Numbered from the stretch's first letter, positions 19,292-30,576 are shown. The stretch: DNA of 64,000 nucleotides from Phycisphaerales bacterium (GCA_965227775.1 OZ245777.1:1664001-1728000); one strand, 5' to 3'. A program made the numbers and translations. The notes: a model not told the origin generated them from the sequence alone.

Positions 19292-20506
19292 GTGCATTCG
19301 AGCGACCACCCAAGGCCTTCACGCCGTCCGACCACCGGCACCGAGATCGCCCTGAGCGGGCCGGACATCACCGACCTGGAGATCGACGCGGTCGTCCGCG
19401 TGCTCCGATCGGGCCGGCTGAGTATCGGGCCCATGCAAGAGGCGTTCGAGGCGCACGTGAGCGAGGCCGCCGGCTGCGACCACGGCGTCGCGGTCAACAG
19501 CGGCACGAGCGGGCTGCACCTGGCGTTGCTGGCCCTGGGCATCGGGCCGGGCGACGAGGTCATCACCACGCCGTTCAGCTTCGTTGCCAGCGCCAACGCC
19601 ATCCTCTATGTCGGCGCGACGCCCAAGTTCGTGGACATCTGCCCGCGCAGCCTGAATATGGACCCCGACAAGGTCGAGAAGGCCATTGGCCCGCGCACCA
19701 AGGCCATCCTCGCCGTCGAGGCGTTGGGCAACCCCACGCACATGGATCGCTACGCGTCCATCGCGAACAGGAACGAGATCCACCTCATCGAGGACTGCTG
19801 CGAGGCGCTAGGCACCACATACAAGGGCCGCAAGTGCGGCAGCTTTGGCAGGGTGGGCGTGTTTGGCTTCTACCCCAACAAGCAGATCACCACCGGCGAG
19901 GGCGGCATGATCGTCACCGACGATCACAATCTCGCCGACCTGTGCCGCAGCCTGCGCAACCAGGGCCGGTCGATGCCCTCCGAACTTGCGCAAGAGGGCA
20001 GCAGCGGGCTGGGGCTCTGGCTGAGCCACGAACGTCTGGGATACAACTACCGTCTGAGCGAGATCGCGTGCGCCCTCGGCGTGGCGCAGATGCGCCGGCT
20101 CGACGAGATCATCGAGGCCCGCCGCCGCGTCGCCAGCGAGTATCTGGACCGCCTGTTGGGTATCCCGGGCATCATCCTGCCCACGATCGAGAGCGGCACC
20201 AGCATGAGCTGGTTCGTGTTCACGGTCCGGCTCGAGCGCGGCTACACCGCCGAAGAGCGCGACCGCATCATCGAGGGCCTTCGCAACCATGATGTGGGCT
20301 GCGCGCCCTACTTCCCCAGCATCCACCTGATGCCCGAGTATGTCCGCCGCTTCGGCTACGAGCGCGGGGCCTTCCCGATTGCCGAGAGCGTGTCGGACCG
20401 GACCATCGCCCTGCCGTTCCATGGCGGCTTGACCGAGCGCGACATTGATCTGGTCGCCCAGACGCTGAGCCTCATGCTCTCGCGCGAGAACCTGGCGCGG
20501 GGCTGA
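19292..20506 (+). CDS. DegT/DnrJ/EryC1/StrS aminotransferase
   Basis: NSGTSGLHLAL, GDEVITTPFSF, IEDCCEALG, FYPNKQITTGEGG, GYNYRLSE. Confidence 0.95.
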   Translation: MHSSDHPRPSRRPTTGTEIALSGPDITDLEIDAVVRVLRSGRLSIGPMQEAFEAHVSEAAGCDHGVAVNSGTSGLHLALLALGIGPGDEVITTPFSFVASANAILYVGATPKFVDICPRSLNMDPDKVEKAIGPRTKAILAVEALGNPTHMDRYASIANRNEIHLIEDCCEALGTTYKGRKCGSFGRVGVFGFYPNKQITTGEGGMIVTDDHNLADLCRSLRNQGRSMPSELAQEGSSGLGLWLSHERLGYNYRLSEIACALGVAQMRRLDEIIEARRRVASEYLDRLLGIPGIILPTIESGTSMSWFVFTVRLERGYTAEERDRIIEGLRNHDVGCAPYFPSIHLMPEYVRRFGYERGAFPIAESVSDRTIALPFHGGLTERDIDLVAQTLSLMLSRENLARG

Positions 20507-20610
20507 CGGGTCGTTTCGGCTTCCCTCGGGGCAACCTAGGGGCCTACCATCTCGACCCGCCGGGCCCAGCAGCCCGGTCGTACCCGTGGATCGAGACCGA
20601 GGACTGGACG

Positions 20611-20889
20611 ATGCCCTACGAATGCCACTTTACCGGACGCAAGACCCGCTTTGGTAAGTCCAAGGCCTACGGCGGCGCCAAGATCTCCAAGGGCGGCTTC
20701 GGCCTCAAGACCACCGGCATCACCCGCCGCACCTTCCGTCCCAACCTCCAGAAGGTCCACGCGGTGATCGACGGCAAGCCCACGCGCGTGCTGGCCAGCA
20801 CCCGGGCCATCAAGAGCGGCCTGGTCGTCAAGCCCCTGAAGCGCAAGTACGGCTACACCCGCCAGCAGAAGGAACAGGCCGGCGGCTGA
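20611..20889 (+). CDS. rpmB: 50S ribosomal protein L28
   Basis: C.FTGRKTRFG...TRRTFRPNLQKV...VLASTRAIKSG. Confidence 0.92.
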   Translation: MPYECHFTGRKTRFGKSKAYGGAKISKGGFGLKTTGITRRTFRPNLQKVHAVIDGKPTRVLASTRAIKSGLVVKPLKRKYGYTRQQKEQAGG

Positions 20890-21011
20890 GCCGGTTTGCC
20901 CCGCCGCGGGCGTGTTTCCGCGGCGATCCCCACGGTGCTTCCAAGCCCGCCCACGCGTGCCCGTAGAATGCAACTGAGCCCGCCGTCACTGGCCGGCCCG
21001 GGGTACTCAGC

Positions 21012-21566
21012 GTGAAGTGCGATCTGTGCGATGCCGAAGCGACCGTCCACGAGACGCAGATCGTCAACGGTCAGGTGATGGTGCGCCGGCTGTGCGAGCG
21101 GCACGCAGCCGAGGTCGGCCTGACCGGTCACGCGAGCGTGTCCATAACCACCGGCAGCTCGTCGGTGGTCCTCAGCGTTCAGCAGCAGGGCTCGGGCCTG
21201 AAGTGTGGCAATTGCGGGCTCTCGTTCGCGGCCTTCCGCCAGCACGGCTTGCTGGGCTGCTCGGGCTGCTACGACGCGTTCGAGGACAAGCTCGCCCCGC
21301 TTATCGAACGAGCGCACCAAGGCGGCACCCACCACATCGGCAAAACGCCCCGGCGCATGCTGGCAACGGCGCGCGAGGGTGACCAGGAAGCCATCGAGCG
21401 CGTGCTCGGCGGTGCGAAGGAGCGGGCCGAGCGGGTGGCGCTGCTGCGAAAGCAGCTCGAAGAAGCGATCGCCATGGAGCAGTACGAGCGGGCGGCGGCC
21501 TTGCGCGACGAGCTCCGCCGGCTAGAGGCCGAAGAGAGCGAGCAGCCCGGTGGTGGGCTGGCATGA
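21012..21566 (+). CDS. mcsA: McsA-like arginine kinase activator (UvrB/C motif)
   Basis: CDLC..LCERHA, CGNCG...F...GLLGCSGCY..F, H.GK.P, AIAMEQYERAAALRDELR; upstream of mcsB. Confidence 0.9.
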   Translation: MKCDLCDAEATVHETQIVNGQVMVRRLCERHAAEVGLTGHASVSITTGSSSVVLSVQQQGSGLKCGNCGLSFAAFRQHGLLGCSGCYDAFEDKLAPLIERAHQGGTHHIGKTPRRMLATAREGDQEAIERVLGGAKERAERVALLRKQLEEAIAMEQYERAAALRDELRRLEAEESEQPGGGLA

Positions 21567-22735
21567 AGGAAGGCGAGGGCAGGCAGGGCGGCGCGGGAAG
21601 CTGGCTCGCGGTTGCCGGCAGGGCGGGCGACGTGGTGGTCTCTTCGCGTGTGCGCATGGCGCGCAATATCGCGGGCTTTCGCTTCCCCAATCGTGCGCCG
21701 GCGAGCGAGAGGACAGCCATCCTGGTGCGCCTCAAGCCGGTCGTCCTGGGCGCTCGGCTGAGCCCGCAGCTCGAGTGGGTTGACCTTGCCTCGACCACCT
21801 CGGGCCACCGTGTCTCGCTGGTCGAAGAGCGACTCATCAGCCGACAGCACGCAATGGGCAAGCCCGGCGAGCCCATGCACGGTCGGGCCGTCGCCGTCGG
21901 CCTGCCCGAACGACGCCTCTCGATCATGGTCAACGAGGAGGATCATCTCCGTCTTCAGGTGATCCGGGGCGGATTCGATCTCTCTGGCGCCATGCAGGAG
22001 GTCGATGCCGCGGACGACGCGATCGAGCAGAGCATCGACTACGCGTTCAGCCCGCGGTTTGGTTACCTCACGGCGTGCCCGACCAACATCGGCACCGGCG
22101 TGCGATTGAGCGTCATGCTGCACCTGCCGGCGCTGAAGATCACGCGCGAGATCGAGAAGGTCAAGCGCGCCGCAGATGATCTGGGCCTCACCGTTCGCGG
22201 CTCGTATGGCGAGGGCAGCGAGGCCACCGGCGACTTCTACCAGATCAGCAACCAGACGACCATCGGCAAGAGCGAGGCCGTGCTGCTTCGAGAGATGGAG
22301 TCCGAGATCATCCCCATGGTCATCGCGTACGAGCACAACGCGCGCGATCGGCTGATGCGCGGTGGGCGTCGTGGCCTCGAAGACCAGACGTGGCGCGCCG
22401 TTGGCGTGCTGCTGCACGCCCGCCTGCTCAGCACGGAAGAGGCCACGCAATTGCTCAGCCGCTTGCGCCTGGGCATTGCGCTCAAGCTCGTGCCGAACCT
22501 CGATCTTCCGCTCGTGAACCAGTTGCTGGTGGCCGTGCAGCCGGCGCACATCCAGAAGGCGATCGGCCAGGAACTCACGCAGGATCAGCGCCGTGAGGCG
22601 CGCGCGACGCTCTTGCGTGCGAAGCTCGGCGAGGCGTTCGCATCGCCACGCCAGGCGCCGCGGCTTATCCGGCCCGATCGCCCCGAGCCGCCCGCGGGTC
22701 CGAGCAATCGGCCCGATCCCGGCGATGCGGAGTAG
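21563..22735 (+). CDS. mcsB: protein arginine kinase McsB
   Basis: SSRVRMARN, MVNEEDHLR, GYLTACPTNIGTG.R.SVMLHLPAL, RGSYGEGSE, YQISNQ.T.G. Confidence 0.93.
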   Translation: MKEGEGRQGGAGSWLAVAGRAGDVVVSSRVRMARNIAGFRFPNRAPASERTAILVRLKPVVLGARLSPQLEWVDLASTTSGHRVSLVEERLISRQHAMGKPGEPMHGRAVAVGLPERRLSIMVNEEDHLRLQVIRGGFDLSGAMQEVDAADDAIEQSIDYAFSPRFGYLTACPTNIGTGVRLSVMLHLPALKITREIEKVKRAADDLGLTVRGSYGEGSEATGDFYQISNQTTIGKSEAVLLREMESEIIPMVIAYEHNARDRLMRGGRRGLEDQTWRAVGVLLHARLLSTEEATQLLSRLRLGIALKLVPNLDLPLVNQLLVAVQPAHIQKAIGQELTQDQRREARATLLRAKLGEAFASPRQAPRLIRPDRPEPPAGPSNRPDPGDAE

Positions 22736-22740
22736 CCGGC

Positions 22741-23655
22741 GTGCGTGGGGGCGCACTGAACACGTTGCGATATGGGCTCGTCAGTGTCGAGCGAGCGATG
22801 CTCAGCGATCTGCCTGGCCCGCTCGAAGCGCTGCACGAATCTGGATTCGTCGCGGATGCACCGGATGCGTATTGCCCGCGCTGTGGTCGCAGCGTGGGGC
22901 CTGGTGAGTTTGCGGCTGGCAAGTGTGGATCCTGCCGCAACTCGAAGGTCGCGTGGGACGGCTTCGTGCGCCTCGGTCGCTACGACCTTGCCCTGAAGGA
23001 CGCGGTGCACGACTTCAAGTTCAACCGCTGGCACGCGGTGGGCGAGCATCTGGGTGTGGCGCTCGGTGCGGCGGTAGCTGAACGCCTTCGACTGGTTGCG
23101 CAGCACGCCGGCGAGCCCGACGAGGCCGTGTTTGGCCGCGCCGTTGTGGTACCAGTACCCATGAGCTTCTGGCGTCGCGCGAGCCGGGGCATCGATCACG
23201 CGACCTGCCTGGCACGGGCGGTCGCGCGCGGCGCTGGGCTGCCGTGCCGCAAAGTGCTGGTGCGTCGGCACAGGCCCGCACAGACCGGGCTCTCCGCAGC
23301 CGCCCGCAAGCGGAACCTGCACCAGGCCATGCGACCCTGCGTGGGCCCAGAAGCGCTCGACGGGCTGCGCGTCGTGGTGCTGGTCGACGACGTCAGCACG
23401 ACCGGGGCCACGCTGGTCGAGGCCTGCCGGGCGATCGCCTCGCTCCGGCGTTCGCGGGGTGAGCCGGTGGTGCTCGCCGCATGCGTGGCGCTGGCTGAGC
23501 AGGGGCGTTCGCGGACTGGCGGGTCGGCTGGAGGCGAATCGGGATTGCCCCTCGTCCAGACAAGCCCAGCAGCTTCCAGCGGCCTGGAAGAGGACGCGGA
23601 GAAGGGTCCTAAAAAAAGTGGAGGAATGCACGCGTCGAGCCTTGACGCAGGCTGA
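22741..23655 (+). CDS. ComF family phosphoribosyltransferase-like protein
   Basis: CPRCG..CGSC ribbon, VPVPM..RR..RG, Q.GLS...R.RNL, LVDDVSTTGATL. Confidence 0.88.
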   Translation: MRGGALNTLRYGLVSVERAMLSDLPGPLEALHESGFVADAPDAYCPRCGRSVGPGEFAAGKCGSCRNSKVAWDGFVRLGRYDLALKDAVHDFKFNRWHAVGEHLGVALGAAVAERLRLVAQHAGEPDEAVFGRAVVVPVPMSFWRRASRGIDHATCLARAVARGAGLPCRKVLVRRHRPAQTGLSAAARKRNLHQAMRPCVGPEALDGLRVVVLVDDVSTTGATLVEACRAIASLRRSRGEPVVLAACVALAEQGRSRTGGSAGGESGLPLVQTSPAASSGLEEDAEKGPKKSGGMHASSLDAG

Positions 23656-23669
23656 GAGCCGTGTATTAT
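23611..23669 (+). promoter_or_regulatory. rRNA sigma-70 promoter
   Basis: A-tract 23611-17, -35 TTGACG 23642-47, 16-bp spacer, -10 TATTAT 23664-69. Confidence 0.75.
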
Positions 23670-23737
23670 CTCCACCGCTCTGGCCACGGCCAGACGCGGG
23701 AAACGGGGCCGGCAAGCGGATGCGAGCCCGTCCCAAC

Positions 23738-23748
23738 GCTCTTTGAAA
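23738..23748 (+). promoter_or_regulatory. rrn antitermination boxA
   Basis: GCTCTTTGAAA in the rRNA leader. Confidence 0.65.
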
Positions 23749-24066
23749 TCTAAGCGGTCGAGATGCCCTCGAGAGTGTGAGGCTTTGTCGGTGCGGATCA
23801 TCACCCGCACGCCCCGACCAAGGGTTGGCAAGGCCGGTCAAACCGGTGGCTGGGATGCACAGATCCCGGTCGTTGGCGCACTCTCGTGATGAATTTGAGT
23901 ACGCCAACTAGACCGTCGTCTTTGCCGACGACGGCTCGTGATCACTTGTGATCGCGAGAATGACCGGCCGCTGTCGCTTCGCGAGCTTTGCTCGTTGGAG
24001 TTGCAGCGGTTCAAACGGATCATTCTGAGATTGTCGGCAATCGGGTGAAAGCTCGGTTGTCGCTTC

Positions 24067-25545
<1,479 letters not shown>

Positions 25546-25720
25546 GATTTCCTTAGACTCGCGGATCGTTCCTGACCAGAGCGATCCACGGAGTGCGAAC
25601 TCCAGCGAGCGATCAAAATCGTCAGTACACTCTCGTTCGCACCGCTGCGGAGCAATCCGCAACAACGCGACGAGCCAGCCGGTGACGGCTGGCGAGGAAT
25701 ATCTCGACCGCTTTGGACTT

Positions 25721-25755
25721 GAGACGGCCCGGAGCAATCCGGGCCGTTTTCTTTT
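25721..25755 (+). terminator. intrinsic terminator after 16S
   Basis: ACGGCCCGGA-gcaa-TCCGGGCCGT followed by TTTCTTTT. Confidence 0.85.
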
Positions 25756-25848
25756 GGCTCGATCACACTCTCGGGACCGCTCCGCGCGAGCTCAAACGGT
25801 AAGTAGACCGCCGCGCGAAACGCCCGCGTTCCTACGCTCAAAGGCCCC

Positions 25849-26334
25849 ATGGACCCAGACCAGCCCATGCCACAGGACGACCGCTCGACCATTAAGCTCG
25901 ATACTCAGTCTGCCACCCGTCGCGGCAGCACCGATGACGCGCGCACACTCGCAGTCGATCTGGCGCGCATGCTGAGCGACGACAAGTGCGAGAGCGTCGT
26001 GGTCCTTGATGTCTCGGGTCAGAGCCCGGTGACCGACTACATCGTCATCGCGTCGGGCACGAGCGATCGGCAGATGGGCTCGGTGCTCGACCACGCGATG
26101 GAACTGGCCGAAGAGTCCGGGATGGCCGCCGTTCGCCACGCCCGCGACGAGCGTTCGACGTGGCTGCTGGCAGACTTCGTCGACGTGGTGCTGCACATCT
26201 TCGAGCCCAACACGCGGGCCCACTACGACGTCGAGAGCCTCTACCCCGACGCGACCGAAGTCTCGTGGGCCAGGCCGGACCAGGTCGATCGCAACCGCGC
26301 GGGTCTCAAGCCGGGTGAGCAGTTTCCGCAATGA
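25849..26334 (+). CDS. rsfS: ribosome silencing factor
   Basis: DDKCE.VVVLDV....VTDYIVIASGTSDRQ, WLLADFVDVVLHIF....RAHYDVESLY. Confidence 0.93.
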   Translation: MDPDQPMPQDDRSTIKLDTQSATRRGSTDDARTLAVDLARMLSDDKCESVVVLDVSGQSPVTDYIVIASGTSDRQMGSVLDHAMELAEESGMAAVRHARDERSTWLLADFVDVVLHIFEPNTRAHYDVESLYPDATEVSWARPDQVDRNRAGLKPGEQFPQ

Positions 26335-27500
26335 CTCCCCCCGCGTCCACCGTGCGCGTCTCGACCGCCGGCGGCGGATACAACGTGCTCGTGGGTCGTG
26401 GTTTGCTCCATGATCTTGGCTCGCGTTGCGACGCCGCTGGGCTCCGACCGCGCCGTGTGCACGTGTTCGAGGACACCGGCGTCCCCGCGACACTCCGCGA
26501 AGCCGCCCGAAGTTCATTCAGCAATATCCTGGTGACCCGGTCGGCATTCGAGCCCGACGAGCAGCGCAAGTCGCTGGCAACACTCGAGCGGATGCTGGTC
26601 GATCTGGCGGAAGCCTCGCTTGAGCGCACAGACTTGGTTGTCGTCGTCGGCGGCGGCATTCTGGGGGACGCCGGTGGGCTTGCCGCAGCGCTGCACAGGC
26701 GCGGCGTTGCCGTCGTGCAATGCCCGACAACGCTGCTGGCCATGGTGGACGCGTCGGTGGGGGGCAAGACGGCCGTGAACCTGCCGGCCCGCATTGACGC
26801 GAAAGAGGTCCTGCTCAAAAACGGCGTGGGCGTGTTTCATCAGCCATCGCTTGTGTTGGCAGACGTTGACGCGCTCGCCTCGCTTGCACCGCGTCAGGTG
26901 CGGTGCGGCCTCGCCGAGAGCATCAAGCATGCTGTGATCGCCGGCGCCGCAGGCACAGGCATGCTCGCACTTGATGGACTATCTCGCGAATTGCCCAGGC
27001 TCCTGTCCGCTGAATCGGAGGCGCTCTCTTCGCTCGTGCGGCAAAACGTCTCGCTGAAGGCGGGCGTCGTAGCCGGCGATGAGCTCGAGTTAGCCGCAGG
27101 CGCGCAAGCCGGGCGCCGTGCGCTCAACCTCGGCCACACGTTTGCCCATGCCATCGAGGGCAACAGCGACACGCGAGTGCTCGTCGACGGTACCGAGGTC
27201 CACCCGATGCACGGCGAGGCGGTCGCGCTCGGGCTCATCGCGGCGGCAACGCTCGCCGAGCATCTCGGCGTTGGCCGTCAGCAGCTCACCACATCCGTAC
27301 GAACAGCCGTCGCAGCCGCGGGCCTGCCCACAAGGCTCTCGGCCGCGGGAAGCCTGGCTGATCTGACGGCCACCATGCGCCAGGACAAGAAAGCCAGCGG
27401 TGGTCTGCTTCGGCTCGTGCTGCCGTCGGACGCCGGTGTTGTCATCCGGGACGACCCTGGTGACGAAGCGGTTTTCCAAGCCTGGCAGGCTGTCGTCTAG
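26331..27500 (+). CDS. aroB: 3-dehydroquinate synthase
   Basis: GGGILGD, PTTLLAMVDASVGGKTAVN, KN.VGVFHQP, LNLGHTFAHAIE, HGEAV, QDKK. Confidence 0.93.
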   Translation: MTPPASTVRVSTAGGGYNVLVGRGLLHDLGSRCDAAGLRPRRVHVFEDTGVPATLREAARSSFSNILVTRSAFEPDEQRKSLATLERMLVDLAEASLERTDLVVVVGGGILGDAGGLAAALHRRGVAVVQCPTTLLAMVDASVGGKTAVNLPARIDAKEVLLKNGVGVFHQPSLVLADVDALASLAPRQVRCGLAESIKHAVIAGAAGTGMLALDGLSRELPRLLSAESEALSSLVRQNVSLKAGVVAGDELELAAGAQAGRRALNLGHTFAHAIEGNSDTRVLVDGTEVHPMHGEAVALGLIAAATLAEHLGVGRQQLTTSVRTAVAAAGLPTRLSAAGSLADLTATMRQDKKASGGLLRLVLPSDAGVVIRDDPGDEAVFQAWQAVV

Positions 27501-27687
27501 GCGAAAATTTGTCGCGAATACGACGATTTAGGTTTCAAGATAGGAAATGAATGGGCCCTCACGCCATCTTTGGAGGCGTTGGTCCAAACATCCCGATAAC
27601 GCGCCCCGGAAGGGTTGACAGAGGGAGGTGTGTGGCTGGCCGAGGGTGCCAGGTTTCGATCCGTTGTAGTGACAGGGCAGGAGCCCC

Positions 27688-29142
27688 ATGCGCACGATCG
27701 CGATCGTCAACCAGAAGGGTGGCTGTGGCAAGACCACAACGGCCATCAGCTTGTCCGGGGCGCTCGCGACCCGAGGCAAGCGTGTGCTCCTGGTGGACAT
27801 GGATCCACAGTCCCACTGTGCCGCCGGACTTGCCATCCCCGAGGCCCACATCGAGATGGATGTCGGCGATGCCATGCTGGCCGAATCGCCCGGCACGCTC
27901 GACCGCAACAAACTGCTCTGGCGCATTGGTCGCAACCTCGATCTGCTGCCGAGCAGGATGAAGCTTGCCGGGCTCGAGGCCACACGCGGCGGCCTTGCAT
28001 CTCTGGAAGACAAAGAGCAGCGATTGGCCAAAGTGGTTTCGAGCCTCGATGGCTACGACTTTGCCATCATCGATTGCTCGCCCTCGATCGGCCTGCTGAC
28101 GTACAACGCGCTGTGCGCCGCCGATGAGGTGCTGATCCCCGTTGAGATGAGCTATTTCGCCCAGCAGGGCGCGAGCCGGCAGGTCGCCACGCTGCGGAGC
28201 CTTGGCCAGCGCCTTGGTCGCCAGGCACGCCACTGGATCATCCCGACGATCCACGAACCCGATGCGGCCTTGCCGTGTGAGTTGCTCGAACAACTCCGCT
28301 CTCGCTTTGGGTCGCAGGTTTGCCAGACCGTGATCCACAAGGACGACAAGGTCAAGGAAGCCGCGACGTTTGGCCGCCCAGTTGGCGAGTACGCCCCGCA
28401 ATCGCAGGCGGCCCAGGACTACTCGGAACTCGCCGAATGGGTGCTGAATGAGGGCCGCGAGACGGTACCGGCGGCCGCCCCATCGCAGCAGGCTCGCAGC
28501 GAGCCCTGGACCGAGATCAAGACCCAGCCGGAGAGCCGCCACACGGTCGCCCAGGTGGCCGAGCGTGCGCGGCGGAGCATGGAACTCGAACCCGTCGAAG
28601 CGCCGCAGCCGGCCCAACCCAATGGCCAGCCGGTGAGCCAGCCTGCCCAGCAGCCCGTGCAGCCGATCCAACCGCGCAACCAACAGCCCGTGCTGCAGGC
28701 TCAACCGAAACCAGCAGAGGCAACATCCCCGACAGCGATTGCGGCCACGGATGAGCCCGAGAGCCTTGAACTCGAGCGGTTGCTGGTCTCCAAGCACGGT
28801 TCCGAGGCGTTTGGCATCCACCCCGTCCGCGGCGCGGTCTGGCTCGTGCAGCCCATCGGGCTTGGTAGAAGCGTGGCCGTTGCCGGCGAGTTCAACAATT
28901 GGTCGGCCCAAAGCCACCGCTTCGACCGATACCAAAGGCTGGGCGTGCACGCGCGAAAGCTCGAACTGCCTCCTGGCAGGCACGCGTATCGACTGGTGGT
29001 CGACGGCTTCTGGACGGCAGACCCGTTCAATCCGGATGCCGTGACCAACCCGTTCGGTGAGCCGAACAGCATCGCGGAGGTATCCGGGCCGCCGGCCGAA
29101 GCCCGGAGCGACGAGAGGGACGGCCCCCCGCCCGCGGCGTAG
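27688..29142 (+). CDS. ParA/Soj family ATPase fused to C-terminal AMPK-beta/CBM48-like glycogen-binding domain
   Basis: NQKGGCGKTTT, DMDPQ, IIDCSP; Q/P-rich linker; VAVAGEFNNW...LPPGRHAYRLVVDG.W..DP.NP....NPFG..NS. Confidence 0.88.
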   Translation: MRTIAIVNQKGGCGKTTTAISLSGALATRGKRVLLVDMDPQSHCAAGLAIPEAHIEMDVGDAMLAESPGTLDRNKLLWRIGRNLDLLPSRMKLAGLEATRGGLASLEDKEQRLAKVVSSLDGYDFAIIDCSPSIGLLTYNALCAADEVLIPVEMSYFAQQGASRQVATLRSLGQRLGRQARHWIIPTIHEPDAALPCELLEQLRSRFGSQVCQTVIHKDDKVKEAATFGRPVGEYAPQSQAAQDYSELAEWVLNEGRETVPAAAPSQQARSEPWTEIKTQPESRHTVAQVAERARRSMELEPVEAPQPAQPNGQPVSQPAQQPVQPIQPRNQQPVLQAQPKPAEATSPTAIAATDEPESLELERLLVSKHGSEAFGIHPVRGAVWLVQPIGLGRSVAVAGEFNNWSAQSHRFDRYQRLGVHARKLELPPGRHAYRLVVDGFWTADPFNPDAVTNPFGEPNSIAEVSGPPAEARSDERDGPPPAA

Positions 29143-29200
29143 AGCCGCAGGCATCGCCCGAGAGGATCTGCGGGCAGGACACGCGACGGAGCGCACCACG

Positions 29201-30553
29201 ATGTCCGACCACACGTCGACGACATTTCCCGGATCGAGCAACGGCGCTCGCGCTTTCGATGACGCGCATCGCCCCCGCGGCCCGTACGACCGCGCCGATT
29301 CTCCCGAGGGCGTCTCAGATGATCTTGCCGCGCTCTTCCTGGGTGTTGAAGACCAGGCGGAGCAGGACACGCCCGCGACGCAGGTCGAGCTGAAGCCAGC
29401 AAGCGGAGCCGGCAAGCCTGCGCTCTCGCTGCTGGTGCTGGGCAACCTGCCAGTGCACGCCGCGGGTTGGGCCAGCCAGTACGCGCGCGATCGGCATCGC
29501 GACACCGGGCGGCCGATCGGGCTGCTCACGCTCGGCGATGACGCGGCGCGCCTTGAGGTCTTTGGCGCTGCCAGCTTGCGGGGCGAGTCCGAATCGGATC
29601 TCGAACGCGCGTTGCAGCAACTTGCGCGGCTCGATGCCGATCTCATCGTGCGGTTGCCCGAGGCCGAGGCGAGCTGGATCGGCGGCGAGTGCGACGCGGC
29701 CTCGATGACCATCCTCGCCGGTGCGGATGACCCGGCAATCGTCCGCGCGTACCAGAGCATCAAGTCGATCTCGCAAGACCTGCCGCCCGATGCCGCCGGT
29801 CCGACGATGCGTTTCTCTGTGGCAGGATCGCCAACGGCGGTCGCCGCGGAGGCGGCCGGAAAGCTGGCGCAGGCCGCCGAGCGATTCCTGGGTCTGCGGA
29901 TCGAGGCCGAATCGCCGGTGTTGAGGATCGACGCGGGCGCCTCTACCGAGCTCTACCACGGGCAGTCGCCGGCGTGGGCCGACGTTCCAGACTTGCTGGG
30001 CCGCGCGCTCGAACGCCGCGAGTCGGCCGGAGTCGAGACCCGGCCTGGGGCCGGCGATCAATTCGAGCCGCGCCGCAAGCCGGTGCCCGCGGGTTTCGAT
30101 GCCGAGGGCGGCGAGATTATCCACGCCAAGCCCTCGAAAAAGACCGTTACGGACACGGTCGACCAGCACCCGAGCGACGACATGCGAAGCCAAACCGAAA
30201 CCAAGGCGCATGCACTAACCCTGCCCGAAGGCTTGGAGACGATCGAAGTCTCCTGCCCCTACGCCCATGAGGTGAAGCTCGCGGTCGATGGTGCGGGCGT
30301 GCTGCACGCAGTGGCGTGGGCCGCCGACAGCGAGCGCGCGTCGGCGGCGGTACGCGATCTCGTTGTCGCGTCGAGCTGGCTGCGCGACCATGCGGAACTT
30401 GTCGCGGTCGTCTTGGGGCGTCGGCTCTCCGGCCTGCCCAGCGTTCGCCACCTCGTGATGGACGATGCCCGGGGCGCCCTTGGGCTCGCGCAGGGCGAGC
30501 TGCGGTTGCACGTGCAGGCGCCCAACGCGCCGGTGCTGATCGATCTGAATTGA
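29201..30553 (+). CDS. hypothetical protein with FlhG/MinD C-half-like segment, no Walker A
   Basis: 450-aa ORF; ILAGADDPAIVRAYQSIK and AAGKLAQAAERFLG resemble FlhG/FleN motifs. Product call tentative. Confidence 0.7.
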   Translation: MSDHTSTTFPGSSNGARAFDDAHRPRGPYDRADSPEGVSDDLAALFLGVEDQAEQDTPATQVELKPASGAGKPALSLLVLGNLPVHAAGWASQYARDRHRDTGRPIGLLTLGDDAARLEVFGAASLRGESESDLERALQQLARLDADLIVRLPEAEASWIGGECDAASMTILAGADDPAIVRAYQSIKSISQDLPPDAAGPTMRFSVAGSPTAVAAEAAGKLAQAAERFLGLRIEAESPVLRIDAGASTELYHGQSPAWADVPDLLGRALERRESAGVETRPGAGDQFEPRRKPVPAGFDAEGGEIIHAKPSKKTVTDTVDQHPSDDMRSQTETKAHALTLPEGLETIEVSCPYAHEVKLAVDGAGVLHAVAWAADSERASAAVRDLVVASSWLRDHAELVAVVLGRRLSGLPSVRHLVMDDARGALGLAQGELRLHVQAPNAPVLIDLN

Positions 30554-30576
30554 GACGCCTCGAACGACTGCGCATG

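Noticed and set aside
27615..27645. Perfect TTGACA upstream of the ParA-CBM gene
   Set aside because: No credible -10 hexamer at 16-18 bp spacing.
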